From positions 64,001 to 128,000 of IMG/VR virus record IMGVR_UViG_3300029305_003178: DNA of 64,000 nucleotides. One strand, 5' to 3'. The stretch comes from a virus (taxonomy: Duplodnaviria > Caudoviricetes). The translations under genes and the position numbers were made by a program. Position 1 is the first letter of the stretch; the number at the start of each line of letters is the position of its first letter. Below, piece after piece: positions 9,893 through 20,429 of the stretch. The notes beneath the pieces are model-generated. The model was given only the letters and a program-made list of their open reading frames with translations. It was not told the origin of the DNA and did no database searches.

Positions 9893-11059
9893 ATGGCAGC
9901 AGCAAAAGTGCTTGTTACTGAATTATATCCTCATGTAGAAAAAGCACTATCAGATAATAATAAAAAAGCAAAAATGTTTATGCTTATTAGAGGCTTTATA
10001 GATAGTAATAATGAACAGTTATCTGCTATAGGCCCATCTACAAATATATTATTTACTGATGTTGAGAAGAATAAAATTTATGAAATTATAGGTATCACTC
10101 CAGCAGAAGTTAATAAAATTAAAGCAAAATCACCAGATATTAAATCTACTGGTATGAATTTAAAAGATCCATTTAAAGTATTAATGGCTATGGTGGTTAG
10201 ATATTTTTTAGTTACTAAAGATAAAAATTTAAGAATAGTCAATTTTTATTATGGGATGTCATTTTATCCATCAGTATTTCAAAAATATTTTAAATTTCCA
10301 ACTAATGATAATATTATGGCATATACTGTAAATAATATGTCTAATAAATATAAATTAAAACAGTCAGGTAATTTAATGGTTGCATTAGATGATACATTTT
10401 ATGGTGCATTTATGTTATATGCCGATAGAATTATTAAAGGTGAAGATAAGGATATTGTACAGTATATATTGGCTATAAGAACTCGTTTAAATAGTTTTAT
10501 GAAACATGTTAGACGAGAATATGATGTGGCTCATAAATCTGGTAAATATCTTAATTTAGAAGTATCTTCTAATGATCCAGATAATTTTAGAGAAGCAGAT
10601 TCATCTATGTATGCAATTAGTCGTCTTGTAGATAAAATATCTATGAAATTAATTGTTGATGGACCTAACTCTCGTTTAATAGCTATAGCAGCTAAAAATC
10701 CCGGTGCTAAAAATGCACAAGTTTCTGTAAATGAAACACGTAACTATATCAATACTCTTTTAGTTAATAATAGAATAGATGAAATTAAGAAATTAATTGA
10801 AGCTATATTATTTATATTCTTATTCGAAGAACGACATAGTATAGATGAAATTCGAAGTCAAGAATTTATTTTTACATGTATGGAAGTTTATAAAAGTTCC
10901 CATAGTAAAAATGAGTCTATTATTGTTATAAAGGAAATACTTGATGGTTGGTTACAAGATTTAGGCACATATAAGAAGACAAATCGAGTAGCAACTATTA
11001 ATAACTTTAGACGAGCATTATATATGTTTTTCGTATTATCTATACAGGATGGGGTGTAA
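9893..11059 (+). CDS. Hypothetical protein (late gene, upstream of an RNAP fragment)
   Basis: Long ORF, GAGGTG RBS, AACA-N6-TA at 9857. Confidence 0.75.
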   Translation: MAAAKVLVTELYPHVEKALSDNNKKAKMFMLIRGFIDSNNEQLSAIGPSTNILFTDVEKNKIYEIIGITPAEVNKIKAKSPDIKSTGMNLKDPFKVLMAMVVRYFLVTKDKNLRIVNFYYGMSFYPSVFQKYFKFPTNDNIMAYTVNNMSNKYKLKQSGNLMVALDDTFYGAFMLYADRIIKGEDKDIVQYILAIRTRLNSFMKHVRREYDVAHKSGKYLNLEVSSNDPDNFREADSSMYAISRLVDKISMKLIVDGPNSRLIAIAAKNPGAKNAQVSVNETRNYINTLLVNNRIDEIKKLIEAILFIFLFEERHSIDEIRSQEFIFTCMEVYKSSHSKNESIIVIKEILDGWLQDLGTYKKTNRVATINNFRRALYMFFVLSIQDGV

Positions 11060-11062
11060 TAC

Positions 11063-11782
11063 ATGGCGATGAATAAAGCTAAAATGACAAAAATGAAAAA
11101 TCTCATATATACTGTATTTGATGCATTAGATCCATCTGGTGAAAATTCAGATAAGTATAGAAATATTTTTGATAAGATGAATGAGAGTCAATTTGACACA
11201 TTTTGTAAAAAATTCTTTAAAAATGAAAATGATTATCTTATATTAGATATTGTAGATTATGAGAGAGATCTTACAATGGATGCGATAGAAAAAGCTGCAA
11301 AAATATTAGGAGTTCCATTATTTGAAAGAGTTATTATTCCTTTTGCTAATATGGATAAAAATTCTCCTGAAGTAACTAAATATGAAGTGCCTGTTGGTTA
11401 TGCAAATATTAAACGCATGCAACAGTTACTTAGTAAAAAGAATACTACATCCACAGAAATATCTGAAAGATCTGCATTAACTGGACAGGTAACAGGTCAT
11501 GATAAAAATGCTAGAAGTAGTGACGTTGAAAACTTTGCATTAGTAACGATGAACGCTGAATATGCATTACGTGAACTTATGGGACCTCGTGCCGACGACC
11601 AAGTTATGAAAGCAGAAATGTATTCAGCTATTGCAGAAAAAGGCTATGTATCCATTGAAGAATTAACTAACAAAGTAGAAAATAAAACTACACTTAATAC
11701 TATTGATGTATTCATGATAGGTATGGGTATTAAAACTGATTTAGTTACAAAAGACCTTCATGTATTAAAATCATTAGACTAA
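11063..11782 (+). CDS. RNA polymerase beta, extreme C-terminal fragment (likely virion RNAP)
   Basis: VGYANIKRMQQ...SALTGQV...DVENFAL...LRELMGPRADD parallels RpoB VGYMYMLKL...SLVTQQP...EMEVWAL...LQEMLTVKSDD. Confidence 0.8.
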   Translation: MAMNKAKMTKMKNLIYTVFDALDPSGENSDKYRNIFDKMNESQFDTFCKKFFKNENDYLILDIVDYERDLTMDAIEKAAKILGVPLFERVIIPFANMDKNSPEVTKYEVPVGYANIKRMQQLLSKKNTTSTEISERSALTGQVTGHDKNARSSDVENFALVTMNAEYALRELMGPRADDQVMKAEMYSAIAEKGYVSIEELTNKVENKTTLNTIDVFMIGMGIKTDLVTKDLHVLKSLD

Positions 11783-11873
11783 CAAAATACGCTTACACAA
11801 TGTAAGCGTATTTTTATTTTAGTTTTCATTTATATATTATAGTATTAATAAAATTGCTTAAGGGGGTTATAAT

Positions 11874-12227
11874 ATGAGTAAATATTATAATGCTATGGAA
11901 GAAAATTATGATCTTATGGAAATTGATGGTAATATAGTATTATTCACAAATTCAAGAATTGATAGAAATACAATACCTTATGGATTATGTTGTTATGACA
12001 TTAGAGAAACTGATGGAGGTTCTGGAGATCCTGCAACTGTTGAACCTTATGTATGGGTAAATCATTGGGGCACAATTATTACAAAAGTATCATTTTTAAT
12101 GAATAGTTATACTATACATGGTATGGCTAAATATTTTCATGAAATTGGAGATTATAGTTATTTAGGTGCATCTAATTTTACTATTGATGAATATGTTAAT
12201 ACAGAGGATTTTTCTGAGTACTTTTAA
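11874..12227 (+). CDS. LPD28-like domain protein
   Basis: LFTNSRIDRNTIP...YDIR...VEPYVWVNHWGTIIT pattern. Confidence 0.65.
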   Translation: MSKYYNAMEENYDLMEIDGNIVLFTNSRIDRNTIPYGLCCYDIRETDGGSGDPATVEPYVWVNHWGTIITKVSFLMNSYTIHGMAKYFHEIGDYSYLGASNFTIDEYVNTEDFSEYF

Positions 12228-12294
12228 ACCACATTATAATAAAATATTCAGTATAACAAATATGTAAATTCAAAAATTATATGAGGTGATAATC

Positions 12295-12447
12295 ATGAAT
12301 AATGAAGAACTTAATATCGTAACAGAAGTAGGAGTATTTGGTGAACTTGATATCAATGACCCTACTAAGAAAAAAGTCAAATCTAAAGAAGAAATTGACG
12401 CAATGATTCAGGAAGCAATCATTGAAAATTCTAATATAACTAGATAA
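12295..12447 (+). CDS. Small acidic protein (50 aa, not in ORF track)
   Basis: AACA-N6-TA at 12255, GAGGTG RBS, MNNEELNIVTEVG... Confidence 0.6.
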   Translation: MNNEELNIVTEVGVFGELDINDPTKKKVKSKEEIDAMIQEAIIENSNITR

Positions 12448-12456
12448 CAACACCTT

Positions 12457-12650
12457 ATTGGTTAAATGAATAAGAACATCATCTTTTTACATATAGTAGT
12501 TACATTTCAATAACCTTACAGTAAATCATAGTAAGTTATCTCCATAAATAATACATTGCCTTGATAAAACATAAGCCTAACAAACAGCAATGGTTATTGA
12601 AATTTTGTACACCTCCTTTCTTTCACATATGATGTTCTTATTCATTATAT
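12457..12650 (+). ncRNA. Candidate structured sRNA with an anti-SD motif
   Basis: AACA-N6-TA 12446-12457; 18-bp outer stem 12465-12482/12629-12646; 12-bp inner stem 12504-12515/12592-12603; CACCTCCTTTCT at 12610-12621. Confidence 0.55.
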
Positions 12651-12730
12651 TTTATAAATAATTTTAAATATATATTATATAGGTGTAATAATAGATAATT
12701 CAATTATTACAATAGAAAGGTTGTGCTAAT

Positions 12731-13849
12731 ATGTTAAAAGTATGCGTGATTGGTGTAGGTAACTGCGGCTCTCAAATTGCTGAATTGGCTAAAACAAAAT
12801 ATAATATTGCAGGTTTAGCATTAAATAGCTCTCAGAAAGACCTCATCAATATTAAAGCTATTCCTAAATTAGTATTAGGCGATAATTTAGGAAGTGGTAA
12901 GAATAGAGAAGAAGCAAAACGATTTGTAAAAGCTCAGATTGTAAATCTTCTTAGTCAAGAGAACTTTGTAGAATTTCTTAAAGATAATGATGTTGTATTT
13001 GTAGCATCATCTATCGGTGGTGGTACTGGTTCTGGCATGTCACCTATGCTCGTAGATATTTTATCTAGAAAATACCATAATAAAAGATTTGTATTAATAG
13101 AAGTATATCCTCCTCTTAGAGAATCTATTGCTGCTCAACAGAATAGTATTGAGTATCTTAAAGAGGTTAGAGAAAATATACCTAATGCTATTTACATGGC
13201 ATATGACAATGATAGAAGATCCGATCTTCCTACATCTGAAATGATGAAAGAGATTAATGAAGAAATCGTTGATCATATGGCTATTATCAGAGGTGATTAT
13301 CTGTATCCTACACCTTATAATAGCATTGATGAAAAGGATATGATTGCTCTGCTTAAAACACCTGGTAGATTAGCAGTATTTGAATTACCAAATATTAAAG
13401 AAAAAGATGTTGATAAAGAAACCATCGAAGATAAACTTATCAATGTTATTAAAAACAAATCTACTAATGTTGAGTTAGATAGAGATAAAATCATTAAACA
13501 GATAGGTGTTATTACAAATCTGAATTCTAAACTTGATAAACAGTTCTCTATTGCATTGACAGAACTGAAAGGATTAGTTGGTGAACCGGTAGAAGCATTT
13601 GAACATATCTACATCGGTAGAGATGAAGAAGAAAATAAAGTAGCTGTAATTTTAACAGGTTTGTCTGTTCCTGATGACAGATTAGTTAAAATTACTCAGA
13701 GAATTACCGAAGGATTGGATGATATGGGTAAAACAAAATCTAATTCTGTATTGGATGAGATGTCAATCGAATCTATTAAAGAATTAAGAAATAATTCAAT
13801 TGAATCTTCTAATGATTTAGATTTTGACGATATCTTCGGTAAGTATTAA
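12731..13849 (+). CDS. Tubulin/FtsZ-family GTPase (PhuZ/TubZ-like)
   Basis: GVGNCG, GSGKN, GGGTGSG signature, IDEKD T7-like loop, acidic tail. Confidence 0.92.
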   Translation: MLKVCVIGVGNCGSQIAELAKTKYNIAGLALNSSQKDLINIKAIPKLVLGDNLGSGKNREEAKRFVKAQIVNLLSQENFVEFLKDNDVVFVASSIGGGTGSGMSPMLVDILSRKYHNKRFVLIEVYPPLRESIAAQQNSIEYLKEVRENIPNAIYMAYDNDRRSDLPTSEMMKEINEEIVDHMAIIRGDYLYPTPYNSIDEKDMIALLKTPGRLAVFELPNIKEKDVDKETIEDKLINVIKNKSTNVELDRDKIIKQIGVITNLNSKLDKQFSIALTELKGLVGEPVEAFEHIYIGRDEEENKVAVILTGLSVPDDRLVKITQRITEGLDDMGKTKSNSVLDEMSIESIKELRNNSIESSNDLDFDDIFGKY

Positions 13850-13902
13850 TTAGTTTGTAATATTTTTAAATATATCTTATTATAACAATGGAGGTAACAA
13901 GT

Positions 13903-14781
13903 ATGAAAGAATTTTTAAGCATTACAAAGAAAATCAACAAAATGAAGACTGCACATCTGATGGAAGAGATTTATAGATGTCAGGCTGATATCATCACATT
14001 CTATACAAGAAAGAGAAGAAAATCTCCAAAAGAATTGGACGCTCTGTATAATAGAATGAGTAATGAAAAATTTGTTAAAGCTCTTAAGAAAATTGTTAAG
14101 AGTGATGAACTGGAACTGAATCCTTGGTTTGTTGTTGTAATTACAGGATTTACAACATATGCAATGCATCTTCCTGAAGATGAAAAAGTTAGTGATGAGA
14201 TCATGGAAGATTACTCCAAGATTATTACAAAACTTCTGAAAAAAGATGTTTCTAAAATCATCAAGAAATATAATGTTTCTGAAGAAGAAGTTTATAACAT
14301 TCTGATTGAAGCACCTACAACAGAATTCATCGATGAGCCTAAATACATTATCCCTTATGCACAGAGAATGTTTAGAAAACTGTATATGAGAGCAAAAGAT
14401 GAAGATGTTGTATTCACAGCTAAAACACTTAGAAAAGTAGTTAAAGATGTATATGGTAAAGAATATGTCGAATACTTTGCGTTAGCAGCACTGCTCGAAA
14501 GAAAAGATAATATCAAACAGTTCAATGAAAGACAGTTGGCTGTTTGGAATATGATCACGGATTTCGCATTAAGTTATGTTGAAAAACAGAATAAAGATGA
14601 TATTAAAGACTTTATTATTACTTATGCTAAAAGACGTGAGTCTGATGCTAAACGTGAAAAAAGTGTAGCTGTAAGAAGACTGGAATTCTCTTCTATTAAT
14701 ACAGAAGATTATCCTAAGTTGAGAAGTGTTACAGATAAACTGAAAAATTCTAAAAAGAATAATATTGCAGAGTTTATCTAA
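13903..14781 (+). CDS. Hypothetical protein
   Basis: Long ORF, GGAGG RBS. Confidence 0.75.
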   Translation: MKEFLSITKKINKMKTAHLMEEIYRCQADIITFYTRKRRKSPKELDALYNRMSNEKFVKALKKIVKSDELELNPWFVVVITGFTTYAMHLPEDEKVSDEIMEDYSKIITKLLKKDVSKIIKKYNVSEEEVYNILIEAPTTEFIDEPKYIIPYAQRMFRKLYMRAKDEDVVFTAKTLRKVVKDVYGKEYVEYFALAALLERKDNIKQFNERQLAVWNMITDFALSYVEKQNKDDIKDFIITYAKRRESDAKREKSVAVRRLEFSSINTEDYPKLRSVTDKLKNSKKNNIAEFI

Positions 14782-14915
14782 TTAATAATAAGAGTATACC
14801 GCATTTTATGTGCGGTATACTTTTTTTCTTGTTAATATTAATTTAATACAGGCTATACAAATAAGTAAAATAGTATTATATCTTATTATGATTTAATTAA
14901 GGGAGGAAATTACCT

Positions 14916-15773
14916 ATGATTTCAATGTTCAATAACACAAAAACAACTTGGGCAGTAGAACCAATGAGAAATGAGACTATGTCTAAAATCAAATTCACTA
15001 AAAAAATGGGTGATGATAAGACAAAATCTTTTGAACTCGTTACAAATAAATCTATTGCTTTTAATGATAAATTTACAACAATGAAAAATATGACTGAGCC
15101 AGTTACTGTGGCAACAGAAAATACAGAAGTAAGATTCCTTAAGAAAACATCTGCACCTATGATTGTACCAAATATTAATGAAAAATTTAAAAGAGACATT
15201 TTGCTGATTAGTGTTACAATGTATGGTCAGGTTCTGAAATCTATTGGTGGTAAGAATTCTTATGTACTGAATTACATGATCGCTAAAGGTGAACTGATTA
15301 TGGCGGTTTCCATCAATGGTGGTGATAATGACGATTTCAGTTTTGTCCTGCATAATACTGAAGACCATACAGAAACAACATATGTTTTTGCAAAAGATTT
15401 AGAAAACGGTGATTATGTTATGACTAAAGGCACTCACAAGTCTGAAGAAGAAATTACTGCTCCAGTATTTAAAATTAAAAAATTCAGACCTAATCAGCCT
15501 ACACATCTGATTTGTGCAGATATTAAAGATAAAAAGAAACTGGAATCTATGCCTAAAATTAAACCAGATAAATTCGATATTATCTATGCTAAAGATAGTG
15601 TTGAAGCAATTAAACATCTTGAATCCAAACTTACAGATGGTTATAAAGCTGTAACTGTATTTGGTGCAAGCAAATCTTTCTTTGGTACATATAAAGAAAT
15701 TATGGATTTCATTGATTCTAAATTTAGAATTGTAAACATTCTTCGTTATGATGGTGGTATCATGAGAAGATAA
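14916..15773 (+). CDS. Hypothetical protein
   Basis: Long ORF, GGGAGG RBS, flanked by hairpins. Confidence 0.75.
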   Translation: MISMFNNTKTTWAVEPMRNETMSKIKFTKKMGDDKTKSFELVTNKSIAFNDKFTTMKNMTEPVTVATENTEVRFLKKTSAPMIVPNINEKFKRDILLISVTMYGQVLKSIGGKNSYVLNYMIAKGELIMAVSINGGDNDDFSFVLHNTEDHTETTYVFAKDLENGDYVMTKGTHKSEEEITAPVFKIKKFRPNQPTHLICADIKDKKKLESMPKIKPDKFDIIYAKDSVEAIKHLESKLTDGYKAVTVFGASKSFFGTYKEIMDFIDSKFRIVNILRYDGGIMRR

Positions 15774-15880
15774 TAATATTTCCCGATGAGTATTAATTTA
15801 CTCATCGGGATTTTTAATGTAGGTAACATATAATTATCGAATCTACATTACAATAAATATTTTTTAAAGGAGGTAATTTT

Positions 15881-16384
15881 ATGCTATTCGATGAAGCTCT
15901 TGCTAGAATGAAGGAAGGATATAAAGTAAAAATGCCTGAATGGAGTGGATATTGGTACTGGGCAAACGGTACAATTATGATTCACACAAAAGAAGGCGAA
16001 ATTTTAGATTTATTTAATACTACAATGAAAGAATATACATTAGATTTCATTGCATCTGATAGATGGGAAATCGCAGCAGATACAAACACACCTGTTCTTG
16101 GCGGTGTAGCTCAGATGGATTTTGGTACTGCACTTAAACAGCTTATGAAAGGTATTCCAATGACTAGACTTGGTTGGAATGGTAAAGGTTTGCGTGTAGT
16201 ATATCAGAAGGCATATCCAGAAGGTATTAATTGTAATAAACAAACTGCAGAAGCATGGGGTTTGAATGAGGGTGATTTATTTAAATGTCAACCCTATCTT
16301 CAGATCAATACGGTAGATGGTTCTCATGCTATGTGGGTTCCTTCTATTACAGATATTTTTGCAACAGATTGGACATATGCTTAA
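15881..16384 (+). CDS. Tandem DUF2829/Tad2-like protein (putative anti-defence nucleotide sponge)
   Basis: Two modules beginning MLFDEAL..KEG.KV and MDFGTAL..KG..RLGWNGKG, ending WVPSITDIFATDW. Confidence 0.75.
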   Translation: MLFDEALARMKEGYKVKMPEWSGYWYWANGTIMIHTKEGEILDLFNTTMKEYTLDFIASDRWEIAADTNTPVLGGVAQMDFGTALKQLMKGIPMTRLGWNGKGLRVVYQKAYPEGINCNKQTAEAWGLNEGDLFKCQPYLQINTVDGSHAMWVPSITDIFATDWTYA

Positions 16385-16410
16385 TAATTTAATAATGAGG
16401 TGAAATAATA

Positions 16411-17646
16411 ATGGCTAATACATTATTAGAAAGACTTAGATCCGATGACAAAAAAGGATTATTTGAACAGTCTCAAACATCAATTAACTATCCGACAGGT
16501 TTCATGCCCTTTGACTATCGCAATGGTTATAGAGTAGAGGTTAGAAATGATAATGAGGAATTAATTGATAATTATGCCGCAATTGGTATTCAAGGTGGTA
16601 CATTTGTTACTGTGATTGGTAAATCTGGTACTGCTAAAACAACATTTATTGCACAAGCAGCATATAATATAGTTAGACCATTCGAAGATAATGCATTTGT
16701 AATTCATTATGATTTGGAACAGGTATTAACTTATACAAGAATTAAAAATATTACAGGCGCATCACAAATAGCTCTTAAAGATAAATATATTATCAGACAA
16801 GAGAAAAACTATATTGAAGATATCTTTGATAGTATAGTTAAAATCTGTAATGTTAAAGATGCTAATAAAAAAGAGTTTATGTATGATACTGGTTTATTAG
16901 ATGAATTCGGTGAGAAAATTAAAGCTTTCGTTCCTACAGTAATTATCATAGACTCTATTCCAACATTAACATCTAAAGATTCTGATGATGAAATGAAAGG
17001 CTCCACAGAACAGATGCGTAAAGCCAAAGAACTTAAACAATTCTATTCTAAATTAATGCCTTTAATTAAGACTTATAATATTACTGTGTTTGCTGTAAAC
17101 CATATCAATGTTAAAATGGAAATGAATGCATTTACTAAAACACAGCCACAAGTAATGTACATGAAAGTAGATGAAGCTGTGCCTGGTGGTAACGCGCCAA
17201 TATACTATGCAAATAACTTATTAAAGTTTGTTTCATCTACTAAATTCAATGAAGAAGATAATGGGTTTGATGGATTCTTGATTAGAGCAGAATTCTTAAA
17301 ATCTAGAAGTAATAAAGCTGGTAAATCTATTAATATGGTTTACAATCAGCTTACTGGCTTCGATCCTATTTTAACATTATATCAATTTGCTGAAGATAAT
17401 GATCTTGTTGATGGACGTAATCCATATAGATATTTCAAGCATAATAAAGATGTTAAATTCGATAGCCGTAAATTTAGAAAAGCATTTTTAGAAAATGATG
17501 CTGTTCGTATAGCTATTACAGAAGCAACTAAACCTATATTAGAAGATATGTTATCTTTTGTAAAAGAAGATGATAAAAAAGCTGATAATTATAGTGAAAC
17601 ATTATTTAATCTGTTTAATAGCTATGAAAACGACAATACATTATAA
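16411..17646 (+). CDS. RecA/UvsX-like recombinase
   Basis: GKSGTAKTT, YDLE, IIIDSI, VNHI, PGGNAPIYYA. Confidence 0.88.
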   Translation: MANTLLERLRSDDKKGLFEQSQTSINYPTGFMPFDYRNGYRVEVRNDNEELIDNYAAIGIQGGTFVTVIGKSGTAKTTFIAQAAYNIVRPFEDNAFVIHYDLEQVLTYTRIKNITGASQIALKDKYIIRQEKNYIEDIFDSIVKICNVKDANKKEFMYDTGLLDEFGEKIKAFVPTVIIIDSIPTLTSKDSDDEMKGSTEQMRKAKELKQFYSKLMPLIKTYNITVFAVNHINVKMEMNAFTKTQPQVMYMKVDEAVPGGNAPIYYANNLLKFVSSTKFNEEDNGFDGFLIRAEFLKSRSNKAGKSINMVYNQLTGFDPILTLYQFAEDNDLVDGRNPYRYFKHNKDVKFDSRKFRKAFLENDAVRIAITEATKPILEDMLSFVKEDDKKADNYSETLFNLFNSYENDNTL

Positions 17647-17737
17647 TTCAAAAATGTTTTAAAGTATATATTATGAGTATAAGGAGTAAGTTAATATATT
17701 TACTCCTTATACTAATTTAAAGGGATGTGAAAGTTAA

Positions 17738-19984
17738 ATGAGTAATCTAAACTTAAAAAGGGAATTAGAACTTAAAGACGAGCAGTATAATAATACCGAT
17801 CATATATTTGGTATGACATTATTAACTAGTCCAGCATACGTATCATCATCTAGATCAGTAATGTTCACAAGCCACTTACGCCAGTTCGTTAATTTGAAAA
17901 ATCCTGATTTTCCCAGAGTGTTCACAAATTATGAAAATATCGTAGGTAAGTATTCAACAGGATATTATAAAGTTAAAAATAAGTCTGTTGTAGTAGATAA
18001 AATTCCTAGATTTAATGATGGTATTAATAATAATCATTTATATTATTTATTTCTTTATGATAAGAAAAATGATAAATATGATGTTGTTGTTAAACAGAAT
18101 GTTGAAGACTTAACAGAAAAGTTCGGTTATGAATATAATAATGAAGTAATGGATTCTAAAAATCCAGGAGATATCGTACAGAAAGATGAAGTATTATATA
18201 AATCTACATCTTATGATGAGGATATGAATTACTGTTATGGTAAGAATGTTAAAGTCATGTATACAATGGATACTTATACTATCGAAGATGCTTTAGTTGT
18301 TTCAGAATCTTTTGCTAAGAGTCTTGTATCTAAAGAAATTGAAACTGTTAAAGTATCTATAAATGACAATGATATCCTCTGTAATATCTATGGGGATTCT
18401 GAAAATTATAAGTGTTTTCCTGATATTGGGGAATTTACTAAGGAAAATACATTATGTGCTAAAAGACGAATTCACAATAACCAAGCATTATATGATTTGA
18501 AAAAATCTAATCTTAGAAAGATTAACTATCAGTCTGATAATTTATTTTATATAGATGGTAAAATAACTGATATTGTTATTTATTCTAATAAAACATTAGA
18601 TGAAGTTCCTGATAATATTTTCAATAGACAGTTAAAACATTATCTAACAATGCAGACTGAATTTTATGAGAGATTATATGAAAGATGTAGACAGATTGTA
18701 GAATCTGGTTCTAAATACTCTAAAGATATATCTTTCTATATGAAAAAAGCTAAAAATATTTTAGATCCAAACATGAAATGGAAAGAAGAGAATAGTAATG
18801 TATTCTCTAATATGATAGTTGAATTCTTGGTTGAAAAAGATTCCGCACTTACAATAGGCCAGAAGATTACTGGCCGACAAGGCAACAAAGGTGTGGTTTC
18901 TGATATTAGACCAGATGATGAAATGCCATTCTTAGAAAATGGTGAAAGGGTTCAAGTAATGATTAACTCTCTTAGCGTACCTAATAGAACTAATCCAGAT
19001 CAGTTATTTGAACTTAGTAAAACTTTCATATGTAATAGAGTTTCAGAAAAGTTAAAAACTATGAAAAAACTTTCCGAAAAAGAAGAATTGTTGTTTGATA
19101 TTATTGAAAGATTCAATCCTGATGAAGCAAGAGCAGTTAAAGAATGGTATAAAAATTCAACTAGAACTGTAAAGAAAGAATTCTTTGAAGATGCTGAGAA
19201 TAATGGTATATACATTAAGAATGATGTTATGTGGGAGCATGAACCAATATTCGAAACATTAACCAAAATATATAAAGATTATCCTTGGATAAAACCTGTT
19301 GATGTATATATTAATAAATTCGGTAGAAAAATTAAGATTATGAAACCTGTTATTGTTGGTGAGCTTTATATGATTAAGCTTAAACAGACATCAAAGAAAG
19401 GCTTCTCTGCAAGATCTACTGGTGCATTATCAAAACGTGGTGTTCCCGATAAATCTTTCAAAAATAAATCTAATCAGGATCTTTATTCCACTACACCTAT
19501 TCGTATTGGTATTGATGAAAATCTTAATGCTAATATTGGTGCATCTCCAGAAATGGTTGCCAAATTACATCTATTTTATAGATCTTCTGTCATTGCAAGA
19601 AAGAGTCTTGGCACTGATTTGGCATCAACAATCAAACCTCTTAAAGACTTTACCTATGATGGAAGTTATAAGAATAGAAATGTGGAGATTCTTCAGGCAT
19701 ATCTTAAATTCATGGGTGTAAAAATTGAATTTATGGATAAGCCATATATGATTAATGTCGACTTTGGTGAAAGAAAGATTCATACACTTAAAGATGGGAC
19801 ACAGTTTGAAGGAACAACTGAAGAATTTAAAGAATTTAAGAAGCGTAGAAAGTTTGAAAAGAAATATAATAAATCCCATATGTTTATTGGTGATAAAGAT
19901 GAATATGATAAGATAATCGATGAAGCTATTGATTTAGAAAACAAGAAAAAAGAATATTCTTGCATGATTCATATTCCTAAATAA
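17738..19984 (+). CDS. RNA polymerase beta, C-terminal half (likely non-virion RNAP)
   Basis: SHLRQFVNL, TIEDAL, GQKITGRQGNKGVVS, YMIKLKQ...FSARSTG. Confidence 0.93.
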   Translation: MSNLNLKRELELKDEQYNNTDHIFGMTLLTSPAYVSSSRSVMFTSHLRQFVNLKNPDFPRVFTNYENIVGKYSTGYYKVKNKSVVVDKIPRFNDGINNNHLYYLFLYDKKNDKYDVVVKQNVEDLTEKFGYEYNNEVMDSKNPGDIVQKDEVLYKSTSYDEDMNYCYGKNVKVMYTMDTYTIEDALVVSESFAKSLVSKEIETVKVSINDNDILCNIYGDSENYKCFPDIGEFTKENTLCAKRRIHNNQALYDLKKSNLRKINYQSDNLFYIDGKITDIVIYSNKTLDEVPDNIFNRQLKHYLTMQTEFYERLYERCRQIVESGSKYSKDISFYMKKAKNILDPNMKWKEENSNVFSNMIVEFLVEKDSALTIGQKITGRQGNKGVVSDIRPDDEMPFLENGERVQVMINSLSVPNRTNPDQLFELSKTFICNRVSEKLKTMKKLSEKEELLFDIIERFNPDEARAVKEWYKNSTRTVKKEFFEDAENNGIYIKNDVMWEHEPIFETLTKIYKDYPWIKPVDVYINKFGRKIKIMKPVIVGELYMIKLKQTSKKGFSARSTGALSKRGVPDKSFKNKSNQDLYSTTPIRIGIDENLNANIGASPEMVAKLHLFYRSSVIARKSLGTDLASTIKPLKDFTYDGSYKNRNVEILQAYLKFMGVKIEFMDKPYMINVDFGERKIHTLKDGTQFEGTTEEFKEFKKRRKFEKKYNKSHMFIGDKDEYDKIIDEAIDLENKKKEYSCMIHIPK

Positions 19985-20100
19985 TAATTAACCGATATAG
20001 TCATAATAGACTATATCGGTTCTTTTTTTATAAAAGCGTTTTTTAGACATATTCAAGTATATATTATAACTGTAATAAAATAGTTTAGGAGTGATTAATT

Positions 20101-20418
20101 ATGAGTTTAATTATGTTGATTATGGTGTTATGTCTTATTATTGTAGTAGGATCTATTATTACAGAATCTACATCTAAAGAGGTTGTTGAAGTAACAGAAA
20201 TTACAAACAATGAGGAATTTAAAATCGTAACGGAACATAGTAAATTTGTAGTTGAAGCTCTTAAACGAAAGGTGTTGTTGGTGTTACAAGATGAAATACC
20301 TGTAGACGATAAACCTACAGCATTGGTTCACTTAATGTGTTCATTATGGGAGTTTGTTGATACATCCGATTTTATCGATGAACATCCAGAAATTATTAAG
20401 GTCATTACTAGTTATTAG
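20101..20418 (+). CDS. Hypothetical protein with N-terminal TM/signal segment
   Basis: Hydrophobic N-terminus; TATATATTAT and GGAG upstream. Confidence 0.65.
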   Translation: MSLIMLIMVLCLIIVVGSIITESTSKEVVEVTEITNNEEFKIVTEHSKFVVEALKRKVLLVLQDEIPVDDKPTALVHLMCSLWEFVDTSDFIDEHPEIIKVITSY

Positions 20419-20429
20419 GAGGGAAATTC

